This document shows positions 1-11,562 of a DNA stretch of 64,000 nt, piece by piece. The notes beneath the pieces were generated by a model. That model made no database searches and was not told where the DNA came from. It saw nothing but the letters and a program-made list of their open reading frames with translations. Source of the stretch: Histomonas meleagridis 2922-C6/04-290x (lineage: Eukaryota; Protista; Parabasalia); contig JAANOX010000225.1 of assembly GCA_020184695.1 (NCBI GenBank), positions 74,095 to 138,094 on the forward strand, written 5' to 3'. Position numbers and translations under genes: made by a program. The first letter of the stretch is position 1; the number at the start of each line of letters is the position of its first letter.

Positions 1-2
1 AT

Positions 3-1684
<1,682 letters not shown>

Positions 1685-3480
1685 AAAATTTGATTTTTTA
1701 TTTTAATGTTTTTTATATTTAATTATAGTTTTATTAAAGTTATTAATGAAACTAAGATATTATCAAAACTACTTTTACTTGCTGCAAAAAAAGGTAAAAA
1801 CGATGTTATAAAAATGCTTGTTAAAAAAGTTGGAATTGATTATTATTTTAAAGATATTATTTTATTGCCTTTAATATATATATTATCATCATTTGATATT
1901 TTATATTAATTTTTGGAAATTATTTAGAGTACTTAATACAGCATTTATGTATGTAATTCAAAAAGGTAAAATAGAAATAGTCAAATTACTTCTTGAACAA
2001 GAAGGAATTGATATAAATGCCCAAAATATATATTCATTTTATTTAAAATTTGTTTTAATAATTTTTAATTTTAAGATAATATTTGGAAATTATTTAAAGC
2101 ATTTCAAACAGCACTTATTTTTGAAATGAAAAATAACTCTTTCGAAATAATCAAATTACTTCTTGAACAAGATGAAATAGATGTTAACATTAAAGATGCT
2201 ATTTATTACAATAATTTAACATTTGAATATAATATTTGGAAATAATATAATTTATTTAATACAGCACTTCTGCTTTCAGTGATAAATGGAAGCTATGATC
2301 TGGTTAAATTACTTATTGAACACGAAGGAATTAATATTAATGCTAAAGATATTTATTTGTTTTATTCAAAATTTGTTAAGTTCAATTAAAACTTTAAAAA
2401 AATATTTGGAATTTATTCAAGTTATTTTACACAGCTCTTAATTGGGCATCTCTTTATTGTCAGAAAGAAATTGTTGAATTACTTATTAAAAAAGATGGAA
2501 TTGATATTAATGCAAAAAATGTTTATTCATTGTATTTTATATTTGTTTTTTTAATTTAATATTTCAAAATAATATTTGGAAATTATTTATATCGTTTGAA
2601 ACAGCACTAATTATAGCATCTTCAAATGAGCATACATTTGAAATAGTTAAAATACTTCTTGAACATGAAGGAATTAATATTGATGCTAAAGATATTAAAT
2701 TGTTTTATATAAATTTTAATATAAGAATTTAAAGTTTATAAAATATTTTTGGAAACTATTAAAATCATTTAATTCTGCACTTAAATGGATAACTATCAAA
2801 GGGAATAAAGAATTAGCAAAATTACTTGTAAATCATAAAGGTATTGATCTGAATATTAAAGATATTTATTATATTTATTTAGTATTACTTTGAATTGTTT
2901 GAATTTTCAATGTAATATTTGGAATATATTTAATGTTTTTTACACAGCACTAATGTGGGCAACAGTTAAAGGTTATGTGGATTTAGTCAAACTATTTCTT
3001 AAACAAAAGAGAATTGATATCAATGCTAAAGATATAATTTTATTATACTTAAATTTTGAATAAATAATTTAAAATTAAAAAGCAATTTTTGGAAATTATA
3101 TCACATATTTAATTCTGCACTTAAATGTGCATCAATCAAAGGCAATAAAGAAATCGTAAAAATACTTATTAAACGAAGAGAAACTGATATTAATATTAAA
3201 GACATTTGTTGTTATCATTTAATATTAATTATAATAGTATGATATTTACAAAGGGGGGTGAAAAAGTACCCGACCCACCCCTGTAATTCTTTATTAAGAA
3301 TGAATTAAAACATAAAATGGTATTTATATATAAGTATAAACTCTAGTGTATTTAAGTATATAAAAATTTTTAAAAAATATAAATTCAGTAAAAAGTTATA
3401 TACGTTTAAATTTTCGAACGTTTAAAATAATTGGTATTATGTCTATTGAGCAAAGGTATGTCATTCATTTTTGAATGCTA

Positions 3481-4765
3481 TAGGGGGGACGGAAATGTTT
3501 TATCTTAAATATGATCCTTTTATTTTTTTTAATAAAAATTATATATATAAAAATACAAAAGACTGTGATAATAATGATATAATTTTTGAGATCAGAAATA
3601 TTATATATATCAAGAAAATGTCGAAAAAAAATCTTCATATTGTCAATTTTTTTAAACATTTTTCATTTTTATGGAAGTCGAACAAAGAGCAGTCATATTT
3701 TTCCTGAAAAGAAAAGGCTTTAAACTCAGCCAAATTAAACAAGAGTTAGATGATGTTTATCATCAAGATGCACTTGATATTAATACCATAAAATATTGGG
3801 TGCATCAATTTAAATTAGGGAGATCTGAAATAACAAACATTCAAGATCCAGGAAGACCAGTACTTGATTTCATTGATTCAAAAATTTTGGCTGCACTCGA
3901 AATGGAACCATTTCATTCGACATATACATTAAGTGAAGCCTTATCTATACCACGATCCACCATAAATGATCACCTCAATAAATTAGGCTTCCATTATTAT
4001 AATTTAAGAGTGGTTCCATATGAACTGACATGTGAAATTAAAGAAGAAAGAGTGCGAAAAGCAACTGAGCTTCTTGATATCTTAAAAGTTAGTAAGAGAA
4101 AAGGTGTTCATAGAATCATAACTGGGGATGAATCATGGTTTTTCTTATCATATGATCACAAGCATATGTGGTCACAATCAAGAGATAATTCACATGAAAT
4201 TATCGATACAAAAATTGACACGATAAAATATATGGTAACTATTTTTTGAAATATTGATCAATTCTTTATAGTTGATATTATGAAAGATGGTGAAAAATTT
4301 AACTCGAAGTATTTTATTAATAATATAATTAAACCCTTGAAGCAAATTGTATACCCACAATAGAAAAAGCTCAATGAAAACCCATATGTTTTACATTTCG
4401 ATAATGCATCTCCCCATACCTCTAATGCTTCAACTAAATTTTCGGTTGATAATGGTTTTAAATAAGCTCCACAGCCACCATATTCACCAGATCTTGCTCC
4501 TTCAGATCTCTTTTTATTTGGTTTTTTAAAAAATCAACTAGAAGGAGAAAAATTCGAATTTTCAACAATTGCACGATAAAATAACTGAAATTTTGTGTGA
4601 AATTTCAAAGTATACTTTAGCAAAAGTTTTTGAAGAATGGATTGAAAGATGTCAATGGGTGATAAAGAACACAGGAAACTACTATCATAAGTAAACTTAA
4701 AAAAAATAATTGAAATCTTTTGTTTCGATTCTATTATATTTAGGATAAAACATATCCGTCCCTCA
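3481..4765 (+). mobile_element. Mariner transposon, inner (nested) element
   Basis: Own TIR pair taggggggacggaaatgttttatcttaaatat (3481) and atatttaggataaaacatatccgtccctca (ends 4765), TA on both sides. Confidence 0.9.
3671..4694 (+). pseudogene. Inner mariner transposase pseudogene
   Basis: HTH region, WVPYEL-like VVPYEL, ITGDESWF, LHFDNASPH and PPYSPDLAPSD. TGA at 4247 where Trp is expected, a further TAG and frameshifts. Confidence 0.9.
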
Positions 4766-7700
4766 TACAAGGCCAAGGTTGCAGGAAAATCAAAAAGCAA
4801 TTAGATGAAACGTATAATAAGGAAGCATACTCTGAAACCCAAATAAAATATTGGATTAAAAGCTGGAAGGAGGGTAGAACCACAAGCGAAGATATCCCAG
4901 AGGGTGTAAGGCCAAAAATCGATAATAAGGGATTAATTTTAAATTATCTCAATGATGAACCTTATGCATCAACCAAGGTAATGGCAAAAGCTTTCCACGT
5001 TGATAAATTTGTTGTTAAGAGAAACTTATTAGAAATGGATAATAATAAATATTCAAAAAAATGGATTCCTCATTTACTCACTAATGAACAAAAATTAAAA
5101 AGGGTCCAAGAGTCAGAAGAACTTTTAAAGATACTCGAGGCAGATGAACCGAACAATTTTGCCAATATTATTACTGGTGATGAAAGTTGGTTTAATATGC
5201 ATTATGATCATGCCTTTCAATGGGCACCAAATCCAGATTCTGTTACACCAAGGTTGAGACAAAGTATCAATACAGAAAAACGGATGGTTACAATATTCTT
5301 TACTGGTGTTGGCCTTGTAACAGTTAAGATTTTAGATTCAGGTTTAAAATTTAATTCAACACATTTTTGTGGATGCATTTTATCCAACATCGTCAAAAAT
5401 GGACGAATTGGTACTAGAGAAAAAAAAGTTAAGGGCATGTTTATTCATATGGACAACTGTCGCATTCATAATTCAAAAGTGACCACTGATTGTATAAAAA
5501 AAAGCGGACTAATAAGAGCACCCCATCCGCCATATTCCTCCGATATTGCACCAAGTGACTTCTGGTTTTTCGGATACTCGAAAAACAAGTTCGCAGTCAA
5601 AATGTGTTCCATGAATGGATTAACCGATTGGAAGATGTCATTAGAAACAATGGTGAATACATTAATTAAAAACATTAACTAAATTAATTAATATTAAAAT
5701 TTGAGCATTTTTGAGGGGTGGGTTGGGTACTTTTTCACCCCCCTGTATTATTTGGAAAATATTCAAATTATTTAATACAATATTTCAATGGGCAACATAT
5801 AATGGTAAAACAAAATTTGTTAAAATATTTATTAAACTAAAAGATATTGATATCAATAATATAAATATTTATTTATTTGCATTAAAATCTATTATAATAA
5901 GTTGATGTATCACAAGAATATTTGGAAATTAATTTGAATATTTAAAACAGCACTTATGATTGCATCTATTAAAGGTTACATAGAAATAGTTAAATTACTT
6001 CTTGAAAATATAGAAATTGATGTTAACATTAAAGATATTTATTCTGTTATAAATAGAGTTTTTTGCGTATATTTAATATTTTATAATGATATTTGAAATT
6101 AATTCAACATATTTAAAACAGCATTAATGTTCGCATGCATTAGAGGATTTATAGATATAGTTAAATTGCTTCTTGAACATGAAGGAATTGACATTAATGT
6201 AAAAAATGATTATATATCGAATTTAATATTTATTTTATTAATTTTATATATTAAAATAATATAAGGAAATTGTTTTGAGTATTTGCAACAGTACTTAAAT
6301 TGGCATGTCTTAACGGTAAAACAGAAATAGTTGAATTACTTCTTGAGAAAGAAGGAAATAATATTAATTCATATGATGTATATTTGTTTTCTTTGAAATT
6401 AATTTTAACAATTTTATGTATCAAATATATATTTGGAAATTATTTGAAACATTTAATACAGTACTTATTGATGTTGCTGATAAAGGTTATACAGAAATAG
6501 TTAAATTACTTCTTGAGCAAGAAGGAATTTATATTAATGCTAGAGATATTTATTTGTTTTATTTAATGTTTATTTTAATAATTTGATATTTCAAAATAAT
6601 ATTTGGAAATTATTTAAATTATTTCTAACAGCACTCATGCATGCATCGAGAAATGGTCATATAGAAATAGTTAAATTACTTCTTGAACAAGAAGGAATTG
6701 ATATTAAAGCTAAAGATATTATTTATTTATTTTTATATGTAATATGTTTCAATAATTTAATACATCAAAATAATATTTGGTCATTCTTTAAGTGATTTTG
6801 GACAGCACAGAAATTTGCATCAGATCAATATAGAAAGGAAATAGTCAAATTAATTAAAAAACAAAAGAAAATTAAAAAAGACAAATGCATTCATAATTAA
6901 TAAATGAAATAAACTTTTTTTTGACTTCTTTTCATGAGATTATATCCTGCAATGTTTAAATTGATTGAAAATTTTCTTATTAGAACTATACATATGCATA
7001 GTTTATTGCCAAAAACATAAAAATTAGGATGCTATAAAAATCCTCTACCTAACTAGAGAATTTCTAGTCAAGGATTTTTTCAGCGTCTTAAAAATTCTGG
7101 CTTCTTACCCAGCATGTCAGTTTAGAAAAAAGCTATATAATTCGGAAATTTTTGATGAAAAGAACCACTATGAAACCCAATTTCATTAAAATTATAATTT
7201 TAACAATTGTGGTGTTTACAAATTGTAAAACCGATATGTTCAATTTCATTCAATTTGGGGCCAAACAGTTCCCTGCATGGACCAAACAAAGCTTGTTAAA
7301 TTCATTTTCCAAAAAAGTAAAAAATGTATGTTTATGCTTTGATGAATTCACGCTCAGCTCACTCTGAAAGTGATGATTTGTGAACATCTGAGCACATGTT
7401 ACTCTTCTAACACATAGAAATTTTAATAATTTAAACAATAGATAAATAGACATAATATCTTGCTCCTATTAAAAGGTGTTTTATGCAGTAAAAAATTTAT
7501 ACCACAACTTTATTTTTTTTTCCAAGTTAAGTAAATATTTATTTTTATATATGAAATTGGATATATTTTTTTGTGTACTTTTCAATTCCGGAATTTATTC
7601 CTTTGTAATTAAAAGCAGGAAGCTTTCTCTACAAGGAGAACCATAAAAATTATCAAATGAGAATAAAATTATCTCGATGATATGTAAAAACCAAAACGCT

Positions 7701-7881
7701 ATATTTTAAAATAAATATTAAATTTAGGAACGACACCATAAAATTAAAGCTTTTAAAATTTGTAGCTTGCTCGTTTAGTGATTTTTGGATCAATTTCTTT
7801 TGGGTAATTGACACTTTTCAAGATCCAGTTCCAACGGTTTTATAAGACAAGATTTGAGTCTTTTAAAGATTAATAATCCAA

Positions 7882-9405
7882 ATGAATTCCATCTCAAAAA
7901 TAATAAAACATTATCGAAATGGTTATGGAAACCACCACGAAATTTGTGATGCCTTTGAAGAATTTATTCCTTGTTCAATACAGCCAACGTATTATTTAAA
8001 AGGGCATAAAGGCTGTATCAACACTTGTTCTTTTAATAATTTTGGAAACAAACTTCTTACAGGTTGTGATGATGGTAGTGTATGGTTATGGGACATTGAG
8101 TCAAGACCACAAGATCCACTTGTTCGAGTGCGTCCTCATATTTCCAATGTATTCACAACTAATTTTCTTTCTTCTAATACTTTAATTAGTGGTGGCAATG
8201 ATGGTACTGTTAAATATATTCAAATCAATGAATCCACCATTAATTGCACGTCATTCAATAATCATCACATTCGCAAAGTACTTTCATCATTTGTTATTGA
8301 CGAAAACACTTTTGTCACATGTGGATATGATTGTACCATTCGATTATTTGATGTTCGTCAACCATATCCTGGTACCGTGCAAACAGTTCTGCCATCTCTT
8401 ACTATCGATGATTATAACTATGATGGCCAAGAAATGCTTGCAACCTCTCTTATTAGGAATCATATTAATCCACAATCTGATGGAGGTGGTTCAAGTATTC
8501 CTATAACAACAAATCCTTACAACGAATCATTGCTTGTAGAAGTTGCTAAAGAAGAAGAAAATGAATTATTTTCAATGGACGTTTATCCAAATGATAGAAA
8601 ACAATTTATATGTTCAACACAAGGTAGTGTTTTATGGTATGATTTAAGAAACATCCTTTGTGCTGACGAGACGCAAGCTATTGGTTTTAATGTTTCAAAT
8701 CAAGATCAAATCCTTCAATGTGTATCTGGTGTAGCTTTTAATAAGAATGGTACATTGATAGCAGCAAGTGTATTCGGTGCCGGCATTATTGTTTTTGACG
8801 TTGATAAAGCACAAAAAATTAGAGTATTACGACAAAATGAAGATAGTGATGAACAATTGTTCGATTTAATAGATTTCGTTCCAGAATATGAAATAAATAA
8901 CTCTCATATAATGAGGAGCTTGCAAAGAGCAATTAGTGTTTTGTCTGGTGAAGAAGAAGAAGAAGATTTTGGTGAAGAAGCTGGAGAAGAAGAAGAACCG
9001 TATTCGGAGAACGTTTATTTTTCAGAAGGAACCGATGGACTATCGGAGGAGGACGTTAGCGATGGGGTGGTCGCCCAACTCACAGAGCATTCTTCTGTAG
9101 AAACTATAAAAGGGGTCAATTGGTATGGCGATTACGTTGTTACAGGAAGTGACGATGGATCTGTTTTCTTTTATGATGTAGAAAGAGAAAGAGTTGTAAA
9201 TATAGTCAAAGCTCATCAATCAAATGTAAACGTTGTTGCTGTACATCCTAATAATCTTTTCATGGCAACAAGTGGGATGGATCAATATGCAGTGCTTTGG
9301 GAGCCAATGCATGTTTCAAAAACAAATATGAATAATGTTATGCAAAGAATAGATGAACTAAATTCATTTCGCCCTATTAACATTACAGATTGTAATATAT
9401 ACTGA
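7882..9405 (+). CDS. WD40-repeat protein, DCAF8/WDTC1-like CRL4 substrate receptor
   Basis: LKGHKGCINTCSFN...GCDDGSVWLWD, HISNVFTTNFL, TIKGVNWYG, VNVVAVHP...ATSGMD, plus an acidic insertion. Confidence 0.8.
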   Translation: MNSISKIIKHYRNGYGNHHEICDAFEEFIPCSIQPTYYLKGHKGCINTCSFNNFGNKLLTGCDDGSVWLWDIESRPQDPLVRVRPHISNVFTTNFLSSNTLISGGNDGTVKYIQINESTINCTSFNNHHIRKVLSSFVIDENTFVTCGYDCTIRLFDVRQPYPGTVQTVLPSLTIDDYNYDGQEMLATSLIRNHINPQSDGGGSSIPITTNPYNESLLVEVAKEEENELFSMDVYPNDRKQFICSTQGSVLWYDLRNILCADETQAIGFNVSNQDQILQCVSGVAFNKNGTLIAASVFGAGIIVFDVDKAQKIRVLRQNEDSDEQLFDLIDFVPEYEINNSHIMRSLQRAISVLSGEEEEEDFGEEAGEEEEPYSENVYFSEGTDGLSEEDVSDGVVAQLTEHSSVETIKGVNWYGDYVVTGSDDGSVFFYDVERERVVNIVKAHQSNVNVVAVHPNNLFMATSGMDQYAVLWEPMHVSKTNMNNVMQRIDELNSFRPINITDCNIY

Positions 9406-9445
9406 GAAATACGATATTTTATATTATTTAGCATCAGAAAAAAAA

Positions 9446-10081
9446 TTATTCTGATTTAGTTGATTTAGCCGTAACAACAATAACAATAATGATGATAAGA
9501 GCAAGGATAAAAATACCTGCTATTATGCCCAATTTGTACTTTTCCCAGCACATCTGTCGACGCATTGATGTGGATTTCCGATTAAATTGTTTGGAGCTTG
9601 TTACGATGTTTTCTGCTCCATTATCTAGCGCTTCAATAGTGCTTCCTCTTAAGTAAACTTCTTTGATATTTTCTTTCATCAATTCTTGGGCTTCATTTAG
9701 GTTTTCATGAATTTCTTTAATTTTATCTGTTTCCGTAAGTAATGACTTTATGACAGGACTAAACTCGCTTTGGAAGCTAAAAGATGATGCAGTGCTCCAA
9801 TTTCTTCCATGTTTCATAAGAAAAGTTGTTTGTAACTTACGAAGAAAATCAAATGCATCATTAGCTGTGATATCTTGTGTTCCGATAACACTAAAGTTTA
9901 TGCCAGTATCTAGTTGTTCAATAAATATTTTGTGTGTAGATTTTTCACATTGGAATCTTTGGTCTGATGGATTTAATTGTTTAAGAATACCTAAAATCAA
10001 AACATCAAAATTTCCACTCGAACATGCTTGTTGTGCAAGGATTATATCATGGCGAGCTACAGCTGCATACTCGAAAGGCAT
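9446..10081 (-). CDS. VAMP7: VAMP7-like R-SNARE (longin + synaptobrevin coil + C-terminal TM)
   Basis: Longin-like N-terminus, MKENIKEVYLRG..IEALD..AE..FNRKS..MRRQMCW SNARE motif with the R layer, and a hydrophobic C-terminal anchor. Confidence 0.85.
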   Translation of the reverse strand: MPFEYAAVARHDIILAQQACSSGNFDVLILGILKQLNPSDQRFQCEKSTHKIFIEQLDTGINFSVIGTQDITANDAFDFLRKLQTTFLMKHGRNWSTASSFSFQSEFSPVIKSLLTETDKIKEIHENLNEAQELMKENIKEVYLRGSTIEALDNGAENIVTSSKQFNRKSTSMRRQMCWEKYKLGIIAGIFILALIIIIVIVVTAKSTKSE

Positions 10082-10479
10082 GTTATATCTGGAAAGAAGT
10101 GCTTACCTGAAATTTCAGTTGAGAAGATTAATATCGTATTGAAATCTCATATAAATTATTCAATTGCTACCTTCTTCACATCATCTGCCAAGGATCTTTA
10201 TCATTGAATAAAAACGTCTATCAAAACAGACATAGGAATGACAATTAGTAAGAAAATATGATAAATTTAATAAAAAAGATTCTATCAAGAAATCATTAAC
10301 ATTAAAATCAAATTAATTTCTAAAGCTGGCTATCAACTTTATATATTTATAATAAATCATTAAATTAAAGGATTGTGTTCCTTTAAAAGATAAGAACTAA
10401 GAAAAGAAGTTACTTTTCTTATCATTTTCAATTTGGAAAAAATGATAACTTTAATATATCATAATTTTAAAATATCGAT

Positions 10480-10553
10480 GCCATCGTAGCTCAATCGGCT
10501 AGAGCATAAGACTCTTAATCTTGGGGTTGCGGGTTCGAGTCCCGCCGGTGGCT
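10480..10553 (+). tRNA. tRNA-Lys (CTT)
   Basis: Cloverleaf with acceptor GCCATCG/CGGTGGC, D-arm GCTC/GAGC, anticodon loop CTCTTAA and T-loop TTCGAGT, followed by a T-run (Pol III terminator). Confidence 0.96.
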
Positions 10554-11562
10554 TTTTTGCTACCAAACGCTAGTACCGATTTATGATTTGATATCTTCTG
10601 GAGAATCCATGCTTTTTATACATATGATATTCATATTTTTCATTTGAGAGATTTTTTGTAGATAAGTATTGTATGAGGGGAATGAATTATTTTTTTTAAA
10701 ATATAAATACGGTATACGTCATATTTGTATATCATTAAGTATTTCCTGATGTTTTGATTAGCATTATGTCTTATGTATCTTTTAATATGAAAAAAATTTT
10801 ATAAGAAGGATCGTTGGATTCAGCTTATATTACTTAATTTCTATTCAAGACTAGATAAATTGAATGAATTTTAATCACAGAATGTGAAATAAAACATTTT
10901 ATTTTGTCCATTATTTCAAAGCATAAACAACTGACTAGTTGAACCAAAATTGAATATTGTCTTGTTGATGTTTCTTCGATAATTACGATTAACTTTCTAA
11001 AAACGATTTGAAATACCCTATAACATTTTATCATTATATTATAGTAGTAGTAGAAAATCATCCATATACAATTTTTTAATAACATGTCAATTAGCATATT
11101 CAATCTATGTTTCAACACATACGATAGAGGTATTAATTAATTTTTATTCTAATTTTCTGAAATAATTAGAAAAAAAATATGAGGCAACATGTAAATACCA
11201 AATAATGAATACATTTTTAGAATATTTATTTTCTTTACCTAGCAAAGGATCATTACACCCTATACTTTTAAATTCTAAATTGAAGCCACTCTCACACCTG
11301 TACCTTTCTCCTTTAATCGATAAAAATTTGAATGCATTTTATTTATATTTTGTTTGTGACACTAAAATCGAAAGTTATAAATATTATTGATTTTGTACGA
11401 CAATTCGCTTTACGCCGACCGTTTTCTTTAGACATTTTATCTCACAGTTTCCTTGGTGTTATATCTTTGATCGTTTAAGGATCAAATTGACACTTTTGCG
11501 TAAAAACGATAGTCATTTTCTGTGGAAACGGCTTCCTAATGAAAAAGTCATGTTTCAATGGT

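Larger units (their letters stand above)
3439..5682 (+). pseudogene. Outer mariner transposase pseudogene, split by the inner element
   Basis: Starts MSIEQRYVIHF at 3439, is interrupted at TA 3479-80, and resumes after 4767 (QLDETYNKEAYSETQIKYWIK) into ORF 4981-5682. Has a stop, a frameshift and a shortened C-terminus. Confidence 0.85.
3249..5745 (+). mobile_element. Mariner (DD34D) transposon, outer element, decayed
   Basis: TA flanks at 3247-48 and 5746-47. TIRs caaaggggggtgaaaaagtacccgacccacccc / ggggtgggttgggtactttttcacccccctg. Transposase motifs ITGDESWF, HMDN and PPYSSDIAPSD, with 34 residues between the 2nd and 3rd Asp. Confidence 0.93.
1748..6900 (+). other. Ankyrin locus A: 16 ankyrin cassettes separated by 15 non-coding spacers of about 80 nt (one contains nested mariners)
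   Basis: Repeated TALxxAxxxGxxEIVKLLLEQEGIDINAKD modules of 90 nt (one 93 nt), all stop-free. Period is 170 nt (D/N codons at 2348, 2518, 2691, 2861, 3031). Terminal cassette ends at TAA about 6898-6900. Confidence 0.9.

Noticed and set aside
4247-4249. TGA at a conserved Trp position suggesting UGA=Trp recoding
   Set aside because: It occurs in a decayed transposase with other lesions, and intact genes (e.g. the WD40 gene at 9405) end in TGA and use TGG for Trp.
1856-6801. Spacers as canonical GT-AG or U12 AT-AC introns
   Set aside because: There is no conserved GT or ATATCC donor and no ACTAAC branch motif. The ACAG at cassette starts is coding (Thr-Ala) and is absent in several cassettes.
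6960-7800. Possible degraded gene or element upstream of the WD40 gene
   Set aside because: Only short ORFs with no recognisable motifs, TIRs or repeats.
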